From Takakia lepidozioides (lineage: Eukaryota; Plantae; Bryophyta), in assembly GCA_030704615.1 (NCBI GenBank), contig CM060733.1:46128001-46192000 (forward strand): a stretch of DNA of 64,000 nt, in the 5' to 3' direction. Of this stretch, positions 27,700-40,467 are shown in pieces; position 1 is the stretch's first letter, and every line of letters begins with the position of its first letter. The notes under the pieces are model-generated. The model saw nothing but the letters and a program-made list of their open reading frames with translations. It had not been told where the DNA came from and ran no database searches. Both the position numbers and the translations under genes were made by a program.

Positions 27700-29421
27700 T
27701 CAACTTAATTCCTTGAAGTCCATTGTGTGGGAAGGCTCCAGTGGAGGGGGACTTGCAGCAGAATACACCACCCTCCTGTCTCTACTTATGAGCCAATTGA
27801 GTCTAAATTTCCTTGCCTTGGGAGTGCCAGCGATTTTACTGCTCTCTCCTGCACTCCCAAAACTGCTGTCAGTTTCGCATGGCTGCCATCCCAAGACGGC
27901 ATCCCTTGAGACTGATTCAAAAGCAGTTGTTTCTGATAAAGACCTCCGGTAGCGACTCGCACTAGTTTTGCCTTCGGGTAGCCGAAGCGAGGAGCACCGC
28001 TTGGAGAGATTGCTCTCTCTCTCTCGTGCTGGCTGATCTGCCAGGAAGTGTATAAGCTTCAGCTCTTCTTCTGCTGGTTGATTTAACTCCGACCCCTTGG
28101 CCTCCAACAGAGCATCGGCAGCTCCTTGTGCTTCAGCTTGTTTCTCCATATTCATAACTATCCATTGCTCCGTAGAGTCTGGTGGTTCCTGACTTACACT
28201 AGGTGAGTAACGATACGCATACTGATCATAAATAGCAGGAGAGATTGTGCTGCTCCCAGGACTCGGCGTCAACAGCTCTCGCACTCTTGACAGAGTCTGG
28301 GGCGTGTAGAGGCCGCGGCTGGCCCAAAAGAGATCATCATTTGCAGGTGTTCCCCCTGCAGTCCCTAGCTCTGGTATGCTATCTGAAAGGGCACTTCGGT
28401 GGGTTGGCCTCGAAGGTGCCCAGTCCCGAGGGCGCCCAGGAAATGGAGTAGGGGCGATCATCAGCTCCAGGTTTGAGGGATCGACAATGTACTCGTAGGA
28501 ACCCATTGAGTACGACCGCCCTCCCCTGCGTGCGCCATGAGAACCACTGCTAACTCTTCTATTGTCCGTTTTCACCTTCCCCAGCTCCACTGTCAATATC
28601 CTCTCCGAGCCATAAGCATCGGTCACACGTACTGTGGGACCCAATGTCATGGGATCTTCGTCTTCCTCCACTATTTCACTCTCGGATTCGACTTCATCCA
28701 CCTCGCAGATTCTGAAGCTTTCATGGCGTTGTGCTTCCAGTACTGGTTCCAACAAGGAGAGCCCCTGAGCGTAACCACCCTCAGCCACCTCTACTTCCCA
28801 TCCGCCCTCTCGCCTGCCAGACTCAACGGCTGACGTAGGATCTGGCAAGAGGCTTCTCCTGCAGAGAGGGCAAGTCGAGTTGGAGAGCAACCAAGTGTCG
28901 ATACAGTCCAAGTGAAATGCATGCTTGCACTTTGGGAGCAGCCTGAGGCGATCGTCCTCCCCGAACTCATTCAGACACACTGCACAGTCTGCACTGTCTT
29001 TCAAACCCCGGATAGACCCATACGAGAACACCGGTAGTGTGTCTATGAATGCTTGATCTACACCTGCGTCATGTAAGTGGAATAAGTGCTGCAGCTGCCC
29101 ATGAAGAGCACTCACTGGGCCAGGCAGGGGCGGACTTTGCCTGGGCCGCCGTGCCAAACATCGGGCAAGAAGGTGGAGAAATCCCGACAGAATGAAAACA
29201 ACACTGAGAATAATAACAATCACGGCCACGCTCGGATTAATGTGCGATGTGCTTGAGCTTAACGTGTCCAACCGACGAATGTGTCCAAGGGGCAAATCGG
29301 AGGGGGGCCCTGGTGGTTGATACGTTGAGTGCAGTGGTTGTAGTCGCGAATAGGAATTTCGAGCTAAGGGCGGTGCTGGATGACTTTGAACTCTGCGAGC
29401 CCAAACATCTGGCGTGGACAT
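27700..29421 (-). CDS. ATL-family RING-H2 E3 ubiquitin ligase (ATL46/47/13-like), intronless, 573 aa
   Basis: TM segment, QLQHLFHLHDAGVDQAFIDTLPVF (GLD motif), RING-H2 CAVC..CKHAFHLDCIDTWL..CPLC, RSYSMGSYEY motif. Confidence 0.93.
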   Translation of the reverse strand: MSTPDVWARRVQSHPAPPLARNSYSRLQPLHSTYQPPGPPSDLPLGHIRRLDTLSSSTSHINPSVAVIVIILSVVFILSGFLHLLARCLARRPRQSPPLPGPVSALHGQLQHLFHLHDAGVDQAFIDTLPVFSYGSIRGLKDSADCAVCLNEFGEDDRLRLLPKCKHAFHLDCIDTWLLSNSTCPLCRRSLLPDPTSAVESGRREGGWEVEVAEGGYAQGLSLLEPVLEAQRHESFRICEVDEVESESEIVEEDEDPMTLGPTVRVTDAYGSERILTVELGKVKTDNRRVSSGSHGARRGGRSYSMGSYEYIVDPSNLELMIAPTPFPGRPRDWAPSRPTHRSALSDSIPELGTAGGTPANDDLFWASRGLYTPQTLSRVRELLTPSPGSSTISPAIYDQYAYRYSPSVSQEPPDSTEQWIVMNMEKQAEAQGAADALLEAKGSELNQPAEEELKLIHFLADQPARERESNLSKRCSSLRLPEGKTSASRYRRSLSETTAFESVSRDAVLGWQPCETDSSFGSAGESSKIAGTPKARKFRLNWLISRDRRVVYSAASPPPLEPSHTMDFKELS

Positions 29422-31632
29422 CCTTCAAATCTCTCTCTCGCTCTCACACTCTCTCTGATGCCAAAGAGCTGAGACGGGTCGAGAGGAACCCCAATCAATG
29501 AAGGGCGTGAATAGTAGCTTGGAAGAAACAAATTCTCCACGACCTGTTCATCCACTTTGTGTCTCTCTTCGGCCCCAGCAGCAAATGTGCATTGTTGAGG
29601 GTGGGCGGGAAACGTTTCAGCTGTACCGACGAAGGAGAGCCCAAAGAATCTGAACACTTTCTTCACAACCATGTCGACTTGCACTTCTTGCCTCCATCTC
29701 TCTGTGGCACTGGAATCACCTCTGCAAGTACATACTGTCCTCTGCGCTCAACATCCATACAATGTGAAGCATTGAAATTCAGAGGTGACAATGAAAAACC
29801 CCAAGAGAGAGCATCCATCGTCCGAGCCAGCTCTGAGTCCTCTTTCTGCCTCCTTCTAATTCGTCGTACTTGAACTTCCGTTGCACGGTGATCTCTTCCA
29901 AAGCGCATTCAAATTCGTTTTCTGGTTAGGGCCCTAGAATGGCAGCTCTTCACCAACAAGCAATGTGCGATCAGGGAAGGAGTGGAAAGAACCTACTAAG
30001 GAAACATCGACACGACTCTCTCCGGGGCACCAGTATATATGCTCAGCTCACCAACACCTCTGAGCTGAAACCTGAGATAACGAGTACAATGCTAGCTACT
30101 GAGTGTCAACCTCAGTTCAAGTATGCATGCGTCTTGGAAGCTCCCAGCCATGGCGGCACTGGACCTGCACACACGTAAACAGACGAGCACGCAGACAGAC
30201 AAGCGAGACGAGAGTGACGGGTTGGTGAAACCACCCCTAGTTGCTGCGGTCGATCTCTCCAGGCGGCACGTGAGTCGTCAGATCATCATATCTCACGGAC
30301 ATAAATGCGACAGCATGACGCGAGGTACAATACTTCATCCGTGTGGTAGCCGACAATAATTCCCCCAAACTTTAACAGTGGATGAGAGAGCTGTGGATGG
30401 ATGAACTTCGTGGTACCGGCTATACCCGGTAGGGCTGTACTTGCTCTGATGGACGGCCTGCAAGAGCGTTAATGACCGGGCAGGCCGGTCGCTCACCGAC
30501 TGACCGACCGGCGAACATTGTTCCCTTGTCACTGTAGAAGTGAGAACATGTTCTTTATAGTTCGCAAAGGATCCAATAATAGACAGTAAAAAGTTACTAG
30601 TAAGATACTAATGCCAGCCATGCGCGATTTGAAATATATTACTATATTACGAATTATTTGAACGATCCAGGCTTTTTCAAGTATATCTATATATATAGTA
30701 AGCGGGATACTACATGTCGTAACTTCACTAGTCTTGTTTTAGTGAGATGAATTACTGCAAACTTACTGAGAATACTTGACGAATGAATGAAGATGGACGA
30801 ATGACCGACCGTGCTTTCATCGGCGAGTCGGCTTCCATCCACGTTCTGGACGAATGATCTTCTGTATGGATGATTTCTCTCATCCGTTTAGCGCTCTCTC
30901 TCGCCCTCCCCTTGCATGGGAACTTGTGTTGGGTTTTCTGGCCAATACAACTCTTACTTTTTCATGCTTGAAGATCATGAACCATAGACTGTCAGGATCT
31001 GCAGTGTAACTTTGGCATGCATTGGCATATGGCAACACCAAGTTTTCACCAACCCTGCTGATGGGAGCAAGCGCAGTCTTTGTTGAGAGAGAAAGATAAA
31101 TGTATGACTTTCTTGCATCATGTTTGAATGAATAAGAACCCACCCCTTCTGACAATTCTTGCACAACAACAAATTTTCTTTGTTTTTCCTCGTAATACAT
31201 CCCTTTTTAGTAATGGTGGAATGGGCAGGACACAGGGGCTTGCTCCAGGTAGAGCTACATGGCAAGCCCAGTGTTGAAGGCAGGGAACATTTTAGGTGCT
31301 AGTGAGCTTGAAGAAGCTCCTTCTGTCACAGTCATGAGGAATATAGAATTGCACACTAGAAACCCCTTTCTCAACTTCACAAGGATTGTGTTTCATTGCA
31401 GTTTCAAAGAACGCTTCTCCAGCCTCTTAAATCTGTTCAGTAATGATGCTTGCAACGAAGAAGGACAACAACAGTATTTTGAAGGGTCGTTCACATTGAA
31501 TTGTTGCTAGCTAGCACAACAAATACTCGAGGCTCGTACAAAGCACAACAAGCTCATAAACACCCGAAGACTTTCACTGACTAAGCCAAAGAAGAGAAAT
31601 TTGCATGTTCTAGCATTGCGCACATGACAAGG

Positions 31633-33641
31633 CTAAAGATGTAAAGTGAAGTGAGGCTTTTGAGAAATTTCTGCACCTGCAACATCTTCAACGATGGATG
31701 AAAGGGCCCGTATCAATGAGTTGAGACCGCCCAAGAAATTTTCATCAACTGCATCCCGCTCATGGAGTACATGGGCAAAATCCACAAGTCTGACCGACAC
31801 AGATCTTGAAGAATGTGGACCAGCTGCTGGAGTTGGAAGCTCACCTTCATATATAATTAACACAGATGCAGAGTAGAAGTGGTAAAATGTTTGTGACTCA
31901 AACCTGTCAAAGGACCAACTTTGAAGGTGTAAGATTGTGCATGACCTCAATCATTTTCTCCCAAAGTTGATGAGACCAAGGCAAAACATTGCCAATGCAA
32001 CTACCCCCAAGTAGTGCCCTAGATAGTGATAGATGAAGTACATTCTCACACACAAGATTGTGAGGTAATCAAGCTGGACACCAGAGAAGCCAGAGCAGTG
32101 TAGCTGCCTTCTGTTGTCTTCTACTGGTTCCAATTTAACAATTATTTAAATTGTGAAGAGGGCTTTCGAGCCCAGTGCTTTTCTTATAGGTCTTCGAACC
32201 CCAAGGAGCCCACTTTGGTGAGGGAATGTCCAGAGTAGAAGAACAAAGAAATTCCACATCAAGATACCATGCACATACCAAGCTTTGAGCTGTTGGAGCT
32301 GGGCAATGGCTCCCTGAGGCCCAGCATAGACAGCAGTTGCCGAAGTGACATCGGGACTTGTCTCATCTGATGGATTTGATGAAACAAAACGTTTAAGGGC
32401 AAGAGGCACAAGCTCGGTGGTCAGATATTTACACCACTTGCGGTCAGCTTTCCATGCTGTCCCAGTTGCCAGCTCATATACCTGCACAGCAAACAGCTAG
32501 CCTTACTTCAAGCCCACCACTACATTTCTTCAATACTTCACGACCTTTGATCTATTTCCATGTACCAGATAGTCATGCCAGCTGCAAATTTGGGACATCG
32601 AACCGGTCAACAAAGCAAGATGTACTCTTTCACATTAGCATATGAAACTCAGCTCTATGGTGTGAAATAGGTTGCACTTTGTAGGAGGAAGTTGCACACT
32701 CAAGTACTTAATATGTCTCTAACGGTCCCAGGTGTGCAGGTGGCTGTTGATCTAAGTTCAGAGGCACAAATGTGATTCAAGGAAAACCTCAAAGGAAGGC
32801 ACAATAAGAACCTGCATTCCAGATAACCGGAACCCCAAGGCTCCTGATGTCGTTTCAACATCTTTCTTTCTAAGCCCCACACAAATTCAACAAAAAACAT
32901 GTCAAACGTTTTTCCTCCAAGATGGGTCAGTACAATTATCTTGCCTTTAAAAATGAAAGTATAAGCAGCCCCTCTCCCATTAAAAGCTCCCGTACTACCA
33001 AGACAACCAGCATTCCCAAGCCACTCTTCTTCTCCTCCTCTGTTGACTCACTTGAGACAATGTACCGTGGATGCTGAACGTCACAGGACCCTTAAATTCC
33101 AAGCTAAGAGGATCAAGTAACATCATTAACAGCACCTCCATGGAAGCAGCAATCAAATAGCCCCCCCAACCTGCTATGCAGAGAGATGGAGAGAGAACAT
33201 AATCATTAGACGTTGGTTGCCGTAGCCTGGTGGCCATAGACCCCATGCCCAGTTTGGTCGGAGCAAGAGGGAACAAATAGTGGGTGCGGCACTGGGACGG
33301 TCACCCATCCCAGTACTATTCTGGCCCAACGGCACTTTAACTTCAGAGTCCTGATGGGATCTGGTGTAGTAGCCTTGGTATGACTGCCACAAGATGGAGA
33401 GAATGTACAGATAAGATGTAGTTTGCCATAGCCTTGTGGCCATAGACCCCACACCGAGCTTGGGCAGAACAATATACTACCTTTGTGAGGGGTTCACTCA
33501 AGCAGTGGGACTTAAACTCAGCAAATAGATTGGGCTTTCCAGAGTTCCTCTAGAAAGCCCTCCACACAAGCATCAATCTGATGTGTGAGATCTACCCAGC
33601 AATTTGCCCCCAACAGGGCCAGGGTTCTAGGCTCAGCCAAG

Positions 33642-33672
<31 letters not shown>

Positions 33673-35333
33673 TGTGTGGCCGGAACCTGCATTTACTGAT
33701 ATATTTTTCTCCTGCTTCAGGATACCATGTGCGGGCTCCAATCTGCAAACCGGTTTAGAACCATTATGCATACTCTTCATGTGGTTTTCTTGCATGGCAT
33801 TCACCTTCTAAGCCCAAGACTTGCACTCTTTTTCTACCGGCAAGGAGAGGAAGGTTACCTTGAGGTCAACAATAGAAGGGTGGTGGAAGCTGTGGGTCAA
33901 ATCCTCCATGATCAGATGTCGTAACCACAAGAAGGTAAAAGTTCACCTCACAAATGAAACACTGTAAGCTTGATAGAATTTATGACCATTCTTAATCTAC
34001 TTGTTCTTTGTAGGGCCCTAAGTTAGGTCCAATGAGAGCCTTCGTGAGCTCCTCAATGGTGCAAAGGCACAGGCAGGATACTGGCAGGCATTAGTACAAC
34101 TATTGAGGCACCTACAACCTGTCCAAAAACTACAGTGGCTGAGGGGTGCTTGTTTCAAAACAACCCCACGTAATTATGAAGCCACTTACTCCCTGAAGGC
34201 TAGGACAAACCTTGAGCACCTTCAACGTGTTTTACAATCTACTATGGTATTTTCATTCCCAATCACTCATAAATGCCAACCTTATATGAACCTAGTTGGT
34301 GAGTGACCCCAATTACCGGGTGGGCAGTGCACCTGCACCCGAAAACACAAACTGTGAATCCCAATGCCATAATCACTGCCAGGCTATCTACTGGAAGCTG
34401 ACATATGGTATTGCTTCTTCTCCTGACAGAAAATGTTTTCAAAGGATATTGTTTGTCCCACTGCCATCAGGGGCGTCAATGTCAATCTCGCCACAAAACC
34501 GGGGGAAGAATGACTGCACCCAGGCAGGGACATTCTTGTCCTTCCATATCTCCTCATAAAATGCAATCTCTTTGTCACCCCGCAGACCACTTTGCAAGGG
34601 CTTGTAGAAGCAGCCCGAATCATCGACAAGTGACCCCAAACGCCCCGCTGCTCCCACCCACCCGAACAAGAGAACAGCCCCATGATCAAAGTTCTGCTGA
34701 TGGAAGATGATGGCTTCCTTTACTGAGTGTCGGAAATGCTATGAGAAACTGTACCATGAACTGCATTTTCTGAATCTGGGCTAAAATGAAAAAATGCACA
34801 AAGCGCCTTACCTTCAAATTGATGGCCTGCCACTTGATTCGTTGCAACTTTCAGCACCTAAGGCACCGCAACAGAAGAATTCCACACAAAACAACAACAG
34901 TCGAACTGAATGGTCATTGACAAAACAGAATGTCACCCACATCGGGAATCCCGAGGTTATCAACTATTTCAACACTAGCTCTACGTAAATTCTCTATAAC
35001 GGGGCAACTCCAGGCACACCAAAGATAAATCTGTGGACTTCAAATTTCGGGCTGTAGGATTGTTTCAGCAATTGACCTCAATTCAACAAATTCAGCTGAT
35101 TTGATGGCCCACTCCTGAGACACAATGCCTCTCGCATCTTGCAAGCCCCAGACACACGGAAATGCACAAGCTGGCAGTGCAGAATTCTCCATTTCACAGA
35201 AGCAGTGGCTTCGCATCCCTCCACCCTCATAAACTGTTCATACGACACTACGCCCTCTTTGAACTGAGTATTGAGAGAGAGAGGTACGTCTTACCGGCTT
35301 TGGTTGACAAGACGGAGATTGGTCAGCATCCAT
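31633..35333 (-). CDS. IPK2: Inositol polyphosphate multikinase. Exons 35333-35295, 34857-34812, ~34647-34450, 33920-33859, 33742-33687, 32869-32812, 32481-32279, 31903-31633
   Basis: NQVAGH, LVDDSGCFYKPLQ, PSIVDLK|IGARTW (PxxxDxKxG), GFRLSG, YSASVLIIYE and VDFAHV motifs; exon phases consistent. Confidence 0.92.
33195..33391 (-). mobile_element. 5S rRNA-headed, LINE-tailed retroposon (SINE3-like chimera) with an 11-bp TSD
   Basis: 5S-like head 33390-33281, LINE tail 33280-33195, TSD AGATGGAGAGA at 33184-33194 and 33392-33402. Confidence 0.85.
33281..33390 (-). pseudogene. 5S rRNA-derived sequence, nearly full length with a ~9-nt deletion
   Basis: GTCATACCAAGGCTACTACACCAGATCCCATCAGGACTCTGAAGTTAA..TTGGGCCAGAATAGTACTGGGATGGGTGACC-GTCCCAGTGCCGCACCCA matches the bryophyte-type 5S rRNA as I recall it. 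Confidence 0.9.
33403..33672 (-). mobile_element. Old, diverged 3' fragment of the (TC)n-tailed LINE plus the adjoining (GA)n tract, in IPK2 intron 5
   Basis: AEPRTLALLGANCW..THQIDACVEGFLEELWK and the tail GGGGTCTATGGCCACAAGGCTATGGCAAAC; (GA)n at ~33646-33672. Confidence 0.85.
33921..34449 (-). other. U12-type AT-AC intron in IPK2 (529 nt)
   Basis: 5' end ATATCCTTT, 3' end ..GGTTAC. Splicing here restores GSGTN-R-HLIMEDLT in frame. Confidence 0.85.
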
Positions 35334-38300
35334 CTCCAAGCTCCCTGCGATCAATCCCCCCACCACCAAATTGCGCCGTCGCAATCCTCCACACTCTTTC
35401 TTCCTCGACAGCAAAACAAAAGCGAGAGTATGAATTCAACAACCGGTCCACCGTAACCAGTTCTGTTACCTAACGTGCCCCAGTTAGGGCTGACGACGTA
35501 AGTAAGGTCAGGCTTACGTGGCGAAACGTCAGTTCTGACGCTGCCGTCGGCGTGACGTGGACGACAGTGCCGGTCGTCAATTCTGACACGCACGTCCGCT
35601 CCGCGTGACGGGGCGGGACGACGACCGACGCCGACGGGCGTCGCTGACATGGACGCTGAGCCGTCGTCGCTGCGGATTCAAATTTGAAACAAGGATAAGT
35701 CTGGGCTGCGAAGGTCTGGCAATGGCAGCAGCGCAGAGGAGAGCAGACAGTGCGAGTGATGGCGGTAGGTACTTAATTGTGCCTGCACTGCTTTGCTTGT
35801 TGCTCACACTCTGCAGCCTTTTCTCGCACGATGGCCATGACTTGAAGAGCAGTGTGCAGCGATCAACGACAGGGTTGAGAGGATGCGAGATCCGAGGTTG
35901 AGCTGGGGAAGACTTTGCAGCCCTTGCAGAGCAGGGAAACTGCTCAGGCAGCACATGTGGTTGAGCAGAGGAGGAAGAGCTCTTTCTTTGACTGCTGGCC
36001 TCCATCATCACCACCACCACCTCGCAACGCAGCTCTTGTTGCTCTGTCCTCTGCGTGTTACTACCAACTGTGCTGTCTGTATGCAGGGAAGACCTGTTGC
36101 GAGACATTGTTTACTCTTGTGATTGTTCTGTTTTCCTTACCCGTCTGTTTTGTTTGTGGGTCATTAATGAATCCATCATGCAGACTTAGGATTCCATAAA
36201 ACAAATTGTTGTCATGTTTGGATCCGATCAGCGGATGGTCGGGATTCCGAGTCTGCACGATGGAATAGTGTTAATTCGTTGAGTTTGGTGTGGATGCAGT
36301 ATAGTAATGTCTGTCACGCCTGTCTACGTGATGATCAGTCACGATCCGAGTGGCAATGTTTACGGTCTGATTAGATAAACTGACTAGAATTTAGGTGATC
36401 ATGCAAACCGCGTGCATTTATTACTCTCTGAATCTTGCTAAGAAAACTGATCAACAAGAAGTGTAGAGGACCACAAACACAGGAATACTTGGGTGAATGA
36501 GGGAGGGAGGGTTGGAATTGGGTGCATGACACAGTGACATGGCATGCTCTTATTTGGCAGATTGAGAATTCTGGACTTTGACTTGATTATCCGTTTCATC
36601 TAAAAATAAACAGAAATTACCATATTCAAAAGAAAATTCACAGCATAATATTTGAAGAAAAACAAGTTGGCAGAGTAAGTAAGAGGCCACCTCAGCATCC
36701 ACCCACCGCCTGCCATCTTGAGGCCTTCCTTCCGATTTCATGGCTCTCTACCAGGTTATTTTTTCCTGGTTTGTTACCTTCTTATTTATTTATTTATTTG
36801 GTTACCTTCTTATTTTATCAAATAAAATTAAGGGCCTCTGTCCCCTTTCTGCAGAGAAAAAAAAAAAACAAAGAAAAACTGTGAAACAAATTGGCAGTTC
36901 TAGTTTTATTTTTATTTTATTTTTTTAGAGAAAAGGGGAGAAAAGCTCCGATTGCTACTTCCAAAAGATAGTTTCATAATATTCAAAAAAAATAAAAATA
37001 GTTTCATGATATTTTAGTGGATAGAAAAGTAACGTTCGTTGGATATGATATTCAAGTGCTTCATCACAACATTCTACTAATTTCATCCATAAAACTACTT
37101 AATAGTACAGCAGGGCTGTGGTCCGGTGATGTGACACCTGTGCATCGACTTATGGGTCTGGGGTTCAAACTCCTGTAAGCTGTCCTCTAGAGGCCTTTGG
37201 GCTGGGGCTCATACCCTCATTTGTCTTCATGGTGCCATAAGGGGGTTTATTTTCCTCATCAAGGCCCATCCGTGATACAAAGATCAAATAATGAGCGGGG
37301 AGAAAAAGATATCATGATGCCCCAGAACAATACATGGCAGTTTTCCGTCATGAAGCTCGTTGCCTTGGGGTTGCGAGGGGGGGAGGCGGAGCATACTTCG
37401 CCCCCTCCAAAACAAAAGATGAAACGTGAGGGCTCTATGCGCACCTTGTTAGTTGGTGGTCTTCCCTACAACCTCTCCATAGTTAAGCAAGTATGTACAA
37501 TCAAGAATTTTATTTTTTTATTTATTTTTCTCTCCGGTGTCTCTTCGACTCTTCGGAGCTTGTGGGATACGCGTGTCTTGGACAATTACTTAGCAGGGAA
37601 GTGTTCAAAGAAGCAAGCAAATATATATAGTATATAAATATTCTCACCCTCTCTCCGACCTATTGAGGTGGAGTGGAATCACCTGATGGCTTCATGACAC
37701 ATAGCTAGGAAGGTGGGATCACTAGTGGTGGTCCGACGTGCACAAAATGGTACAATCGTTGGGAGCTTGTGACATTTTCTCAGAGTGGCGATGGTCGGAC
37801 GTGCATAAACTCGTATTGACATTGAGAGTTTGTGCCATTTTCTCGCGTTGGATCGACTTTCGCGCCATTTTCTCTATGGGATGTTAGAGTTGAAAATGCA
37901 CACAAGATTCTTCAAATCTTGCTATCTTGTCGGGAATATGATTTTCTCCCCCTTCCATTGGCTCGTTTACGGCCTGGGGCACGCCGAATTCTCGAGCGAA
38001 ATCGAAATCTGATATTTTCGCGAGGCACTCATGGTGAAGTTATTCTGAAAGAGGTCTACTACCTGAACGGGGACACCTTTGCGACACCAATCGGTGGATT
38101 GAACATTGAACCCACAACCACTTCCGAGGTGGTATGTGCCCAGTGTCACTATAAAGTAAGGTGCCTGATTTTATGCTTCCCTTTTCAAAAATATTTTTTT
38201 GATAAGAGGGGGCAGGGCGGTGGGCCTCCAAGTTTATTTTTGCAGGGAGGGAAAAAACAAGATGAATGGATGCCCATCACATTCATCCCTACTCAAACAG

Positions 38301-38855
38301 TAGTTCCCAATGATAATAGCAAGGTTCCCCTTCTCCAACCAATGATTTAAATGTAGGGCCTGCCTTTATGAAAAGGCAGGCCCAATAAAACCCTTTGGAG
38401 AGCCACAAGACCTACCCCAGTCTAAAGCCCTTTAAATACAAACTGCATCCAATAAAAGTCCACCACATTCATTCCAACTCTAGATTTTTGTATTTTCTTT
38501 TAAAAGCCTTTATATTTCACAACAAATGCATCATTCCCCAAAACAAAACAAATCATGAATTATATGCCCAAAATTAGAACATAATCAATACTTAAAACAA
38601 ATAGAAAAAAAATGCATAACCACTCTAGACAAATATCTATCAATCTATCAATGTTTTGTTTTTTTCTCTCAGTAGTTTTTAAAAAAAATAGTAGTAACTA
38701 ATCCTCAAAGTTCGAGCAGAAAAAAAAAAAAAAAAAAAAAAAACTAATCCTGGTTAATTTGATATGATCAGAAGGTCTTAAAGGGTGGTTAACTTTTATT
38801 TTTGAAAAAAGGGTGGCCGTTTTCAAATTACGGTACGTTACGGAAGAGACAGCTG

Positions 38856-38877
38856 CTCTCTCTCTCTCTCTCTCTCT
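38856..38877 (+). repeat. (CT)n microsatellite in the probable FPP promoter/5' UTR
   Basis: Seen directly. Confidence 0.8.
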
Positions 38878-40467
38878 TTTGCGTGGGCCCCAGAGATGGT
38901 TTGGGCGTTTCGGACATCTGCCTCTCTCTCCGCTCTCCATCTCTGTCGGTATCTGAAGCTCTGGTGGAATAAGAGCTTGTCTCCACACTTGTGGTTCCCG
39001 TTTTCTCCCTACTTTTTCAAGTACCTCTCAATCTCATGAATGCTGTTGTGTTGTCTCTGGGGAATCCACATTTCCCAAGGTTTGAGTGTACGGGGAATGT
39101 TCTGACATTGGTATGAATCATCCCCTGCTTGTCGCTCGTCATGAGCGCCACCTGCATTAGGAATTTGAGGGGAGACGGGTTAGATTTCGTTGCTGCCGGC
39201 AGGAATTTCTCGCTGCTGGTTCTGTCTCTAGGCCTCATGCTATCAGTGAGTATGGAGGAAGCATTTTGTGGGGCAACTGAAGAATGCTCTTGTATGTGGA
39301 ATTAGAGCTGCATTCGGCTGGCTGACGGAATGCGCCGCTCACGTTCGGTCTTTGAGTTGTTTTGAGTTCGAATTTCCGTGGCCAGAGCAGTGTAATCCCG
39401 TAACGTTTGAGTCGGTGGCGTGCTTCCACAATTCTGGCTTTCGAGAGCTCAAATTGATGGGTACGCGACGACTAAGCTGTGAAGGTGAGGCACTGAGTTT
39501 TGAGGCCGTGTCTTGGTATTCGTGGGATATGAAGTCTGCATTGTACGTTTGATAAGGGATACTGGGCGATGGGGCCGGACCAGATGTTTGAGCACTACTT
39601 GTATGCAGAGATATGACTTCTTCCGGGCGGCAGGGAGTAAAGTAAACCCGGGTGTGTATGCAAGAGACTGGTTGCCATAGCCTTGTTCATAGATTGCAAT
39701 TGAGGCAAACCGGACAGGGGAAAGAGCGGGAGGGGGCTCGAAGGAGTTAGATTTGTTCGTTTGCAAGCCTAAAGAGTATCGATTAAGTACTCGAGAGGGA
39801 CAATTGAGATCCCAAGTGTCGAGCGTCTACATCGTGTCATTCGCTTTTCGACCAATCCTTCGCACAGCCGTTGAAGATCTGGTTTGTGAGTGCCTTCAAG
39901 GAATAAGGCCATGATTCGGATCCACACTTCTCGAGGGTAAGCTGTTTTTGTGCTTTAGCGTAGCAATGTCTGGCCCACAGTCTAGAGAACAGCGATTTAC
40001 AAACTGGTTCCTGTGAACCAATTCTGAGCAGTTTGGGTTTGTCCTACGAGTTCAAGGAGATCTCGCACCACCCATTACTGTCTACCTTTTGCTTAGCCCC
40101 TGCACCCACCCATTACTACCCGTCTCTCTTCATGGATGTCCACGGTTTTAGTTTCAGATGACTGAGCGGCCTTTTTTAGGAGGACATCACTCCACATAGC
40201 AGAACTATGTATTCCCGCTTAGAAGTGTAGTCCCCTCTAAGAGAGGAAATACACTCAACAGGTGTGGTTCTTTGACATATGCAGCTGCACAAATCTTCCA
40301 ACCTTCGACACCACAGGATGGAACCCTCCTGGTCGCACGTCAATTCTCTCAACCACCATCTTCGCTTCTGCAAGGTTGAGCACCATCGCATCCGTTGACC
40401 TTCTGTTTGCAAACCTCTGCCACAGGTAAGCAGAGGCAATAGCCGAGTAGGTACAAGGGGTGTACCG

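Noticed and set aside
30330-30900. Possible LTR/PPT junction (minus strand GGGGGAATTAT-TGTCGG)
   Set aside because: No second LTR, PBS or coding remnant could be identified.
33281-33390. Functional 5S rRNA gene or Cassandra TRIM
   Set aside because: It has an internal deletion and altered 5' end, no oligo-T terminator, no tandem array and no LTR pair; it is fused to a LINE tail within a TSD.
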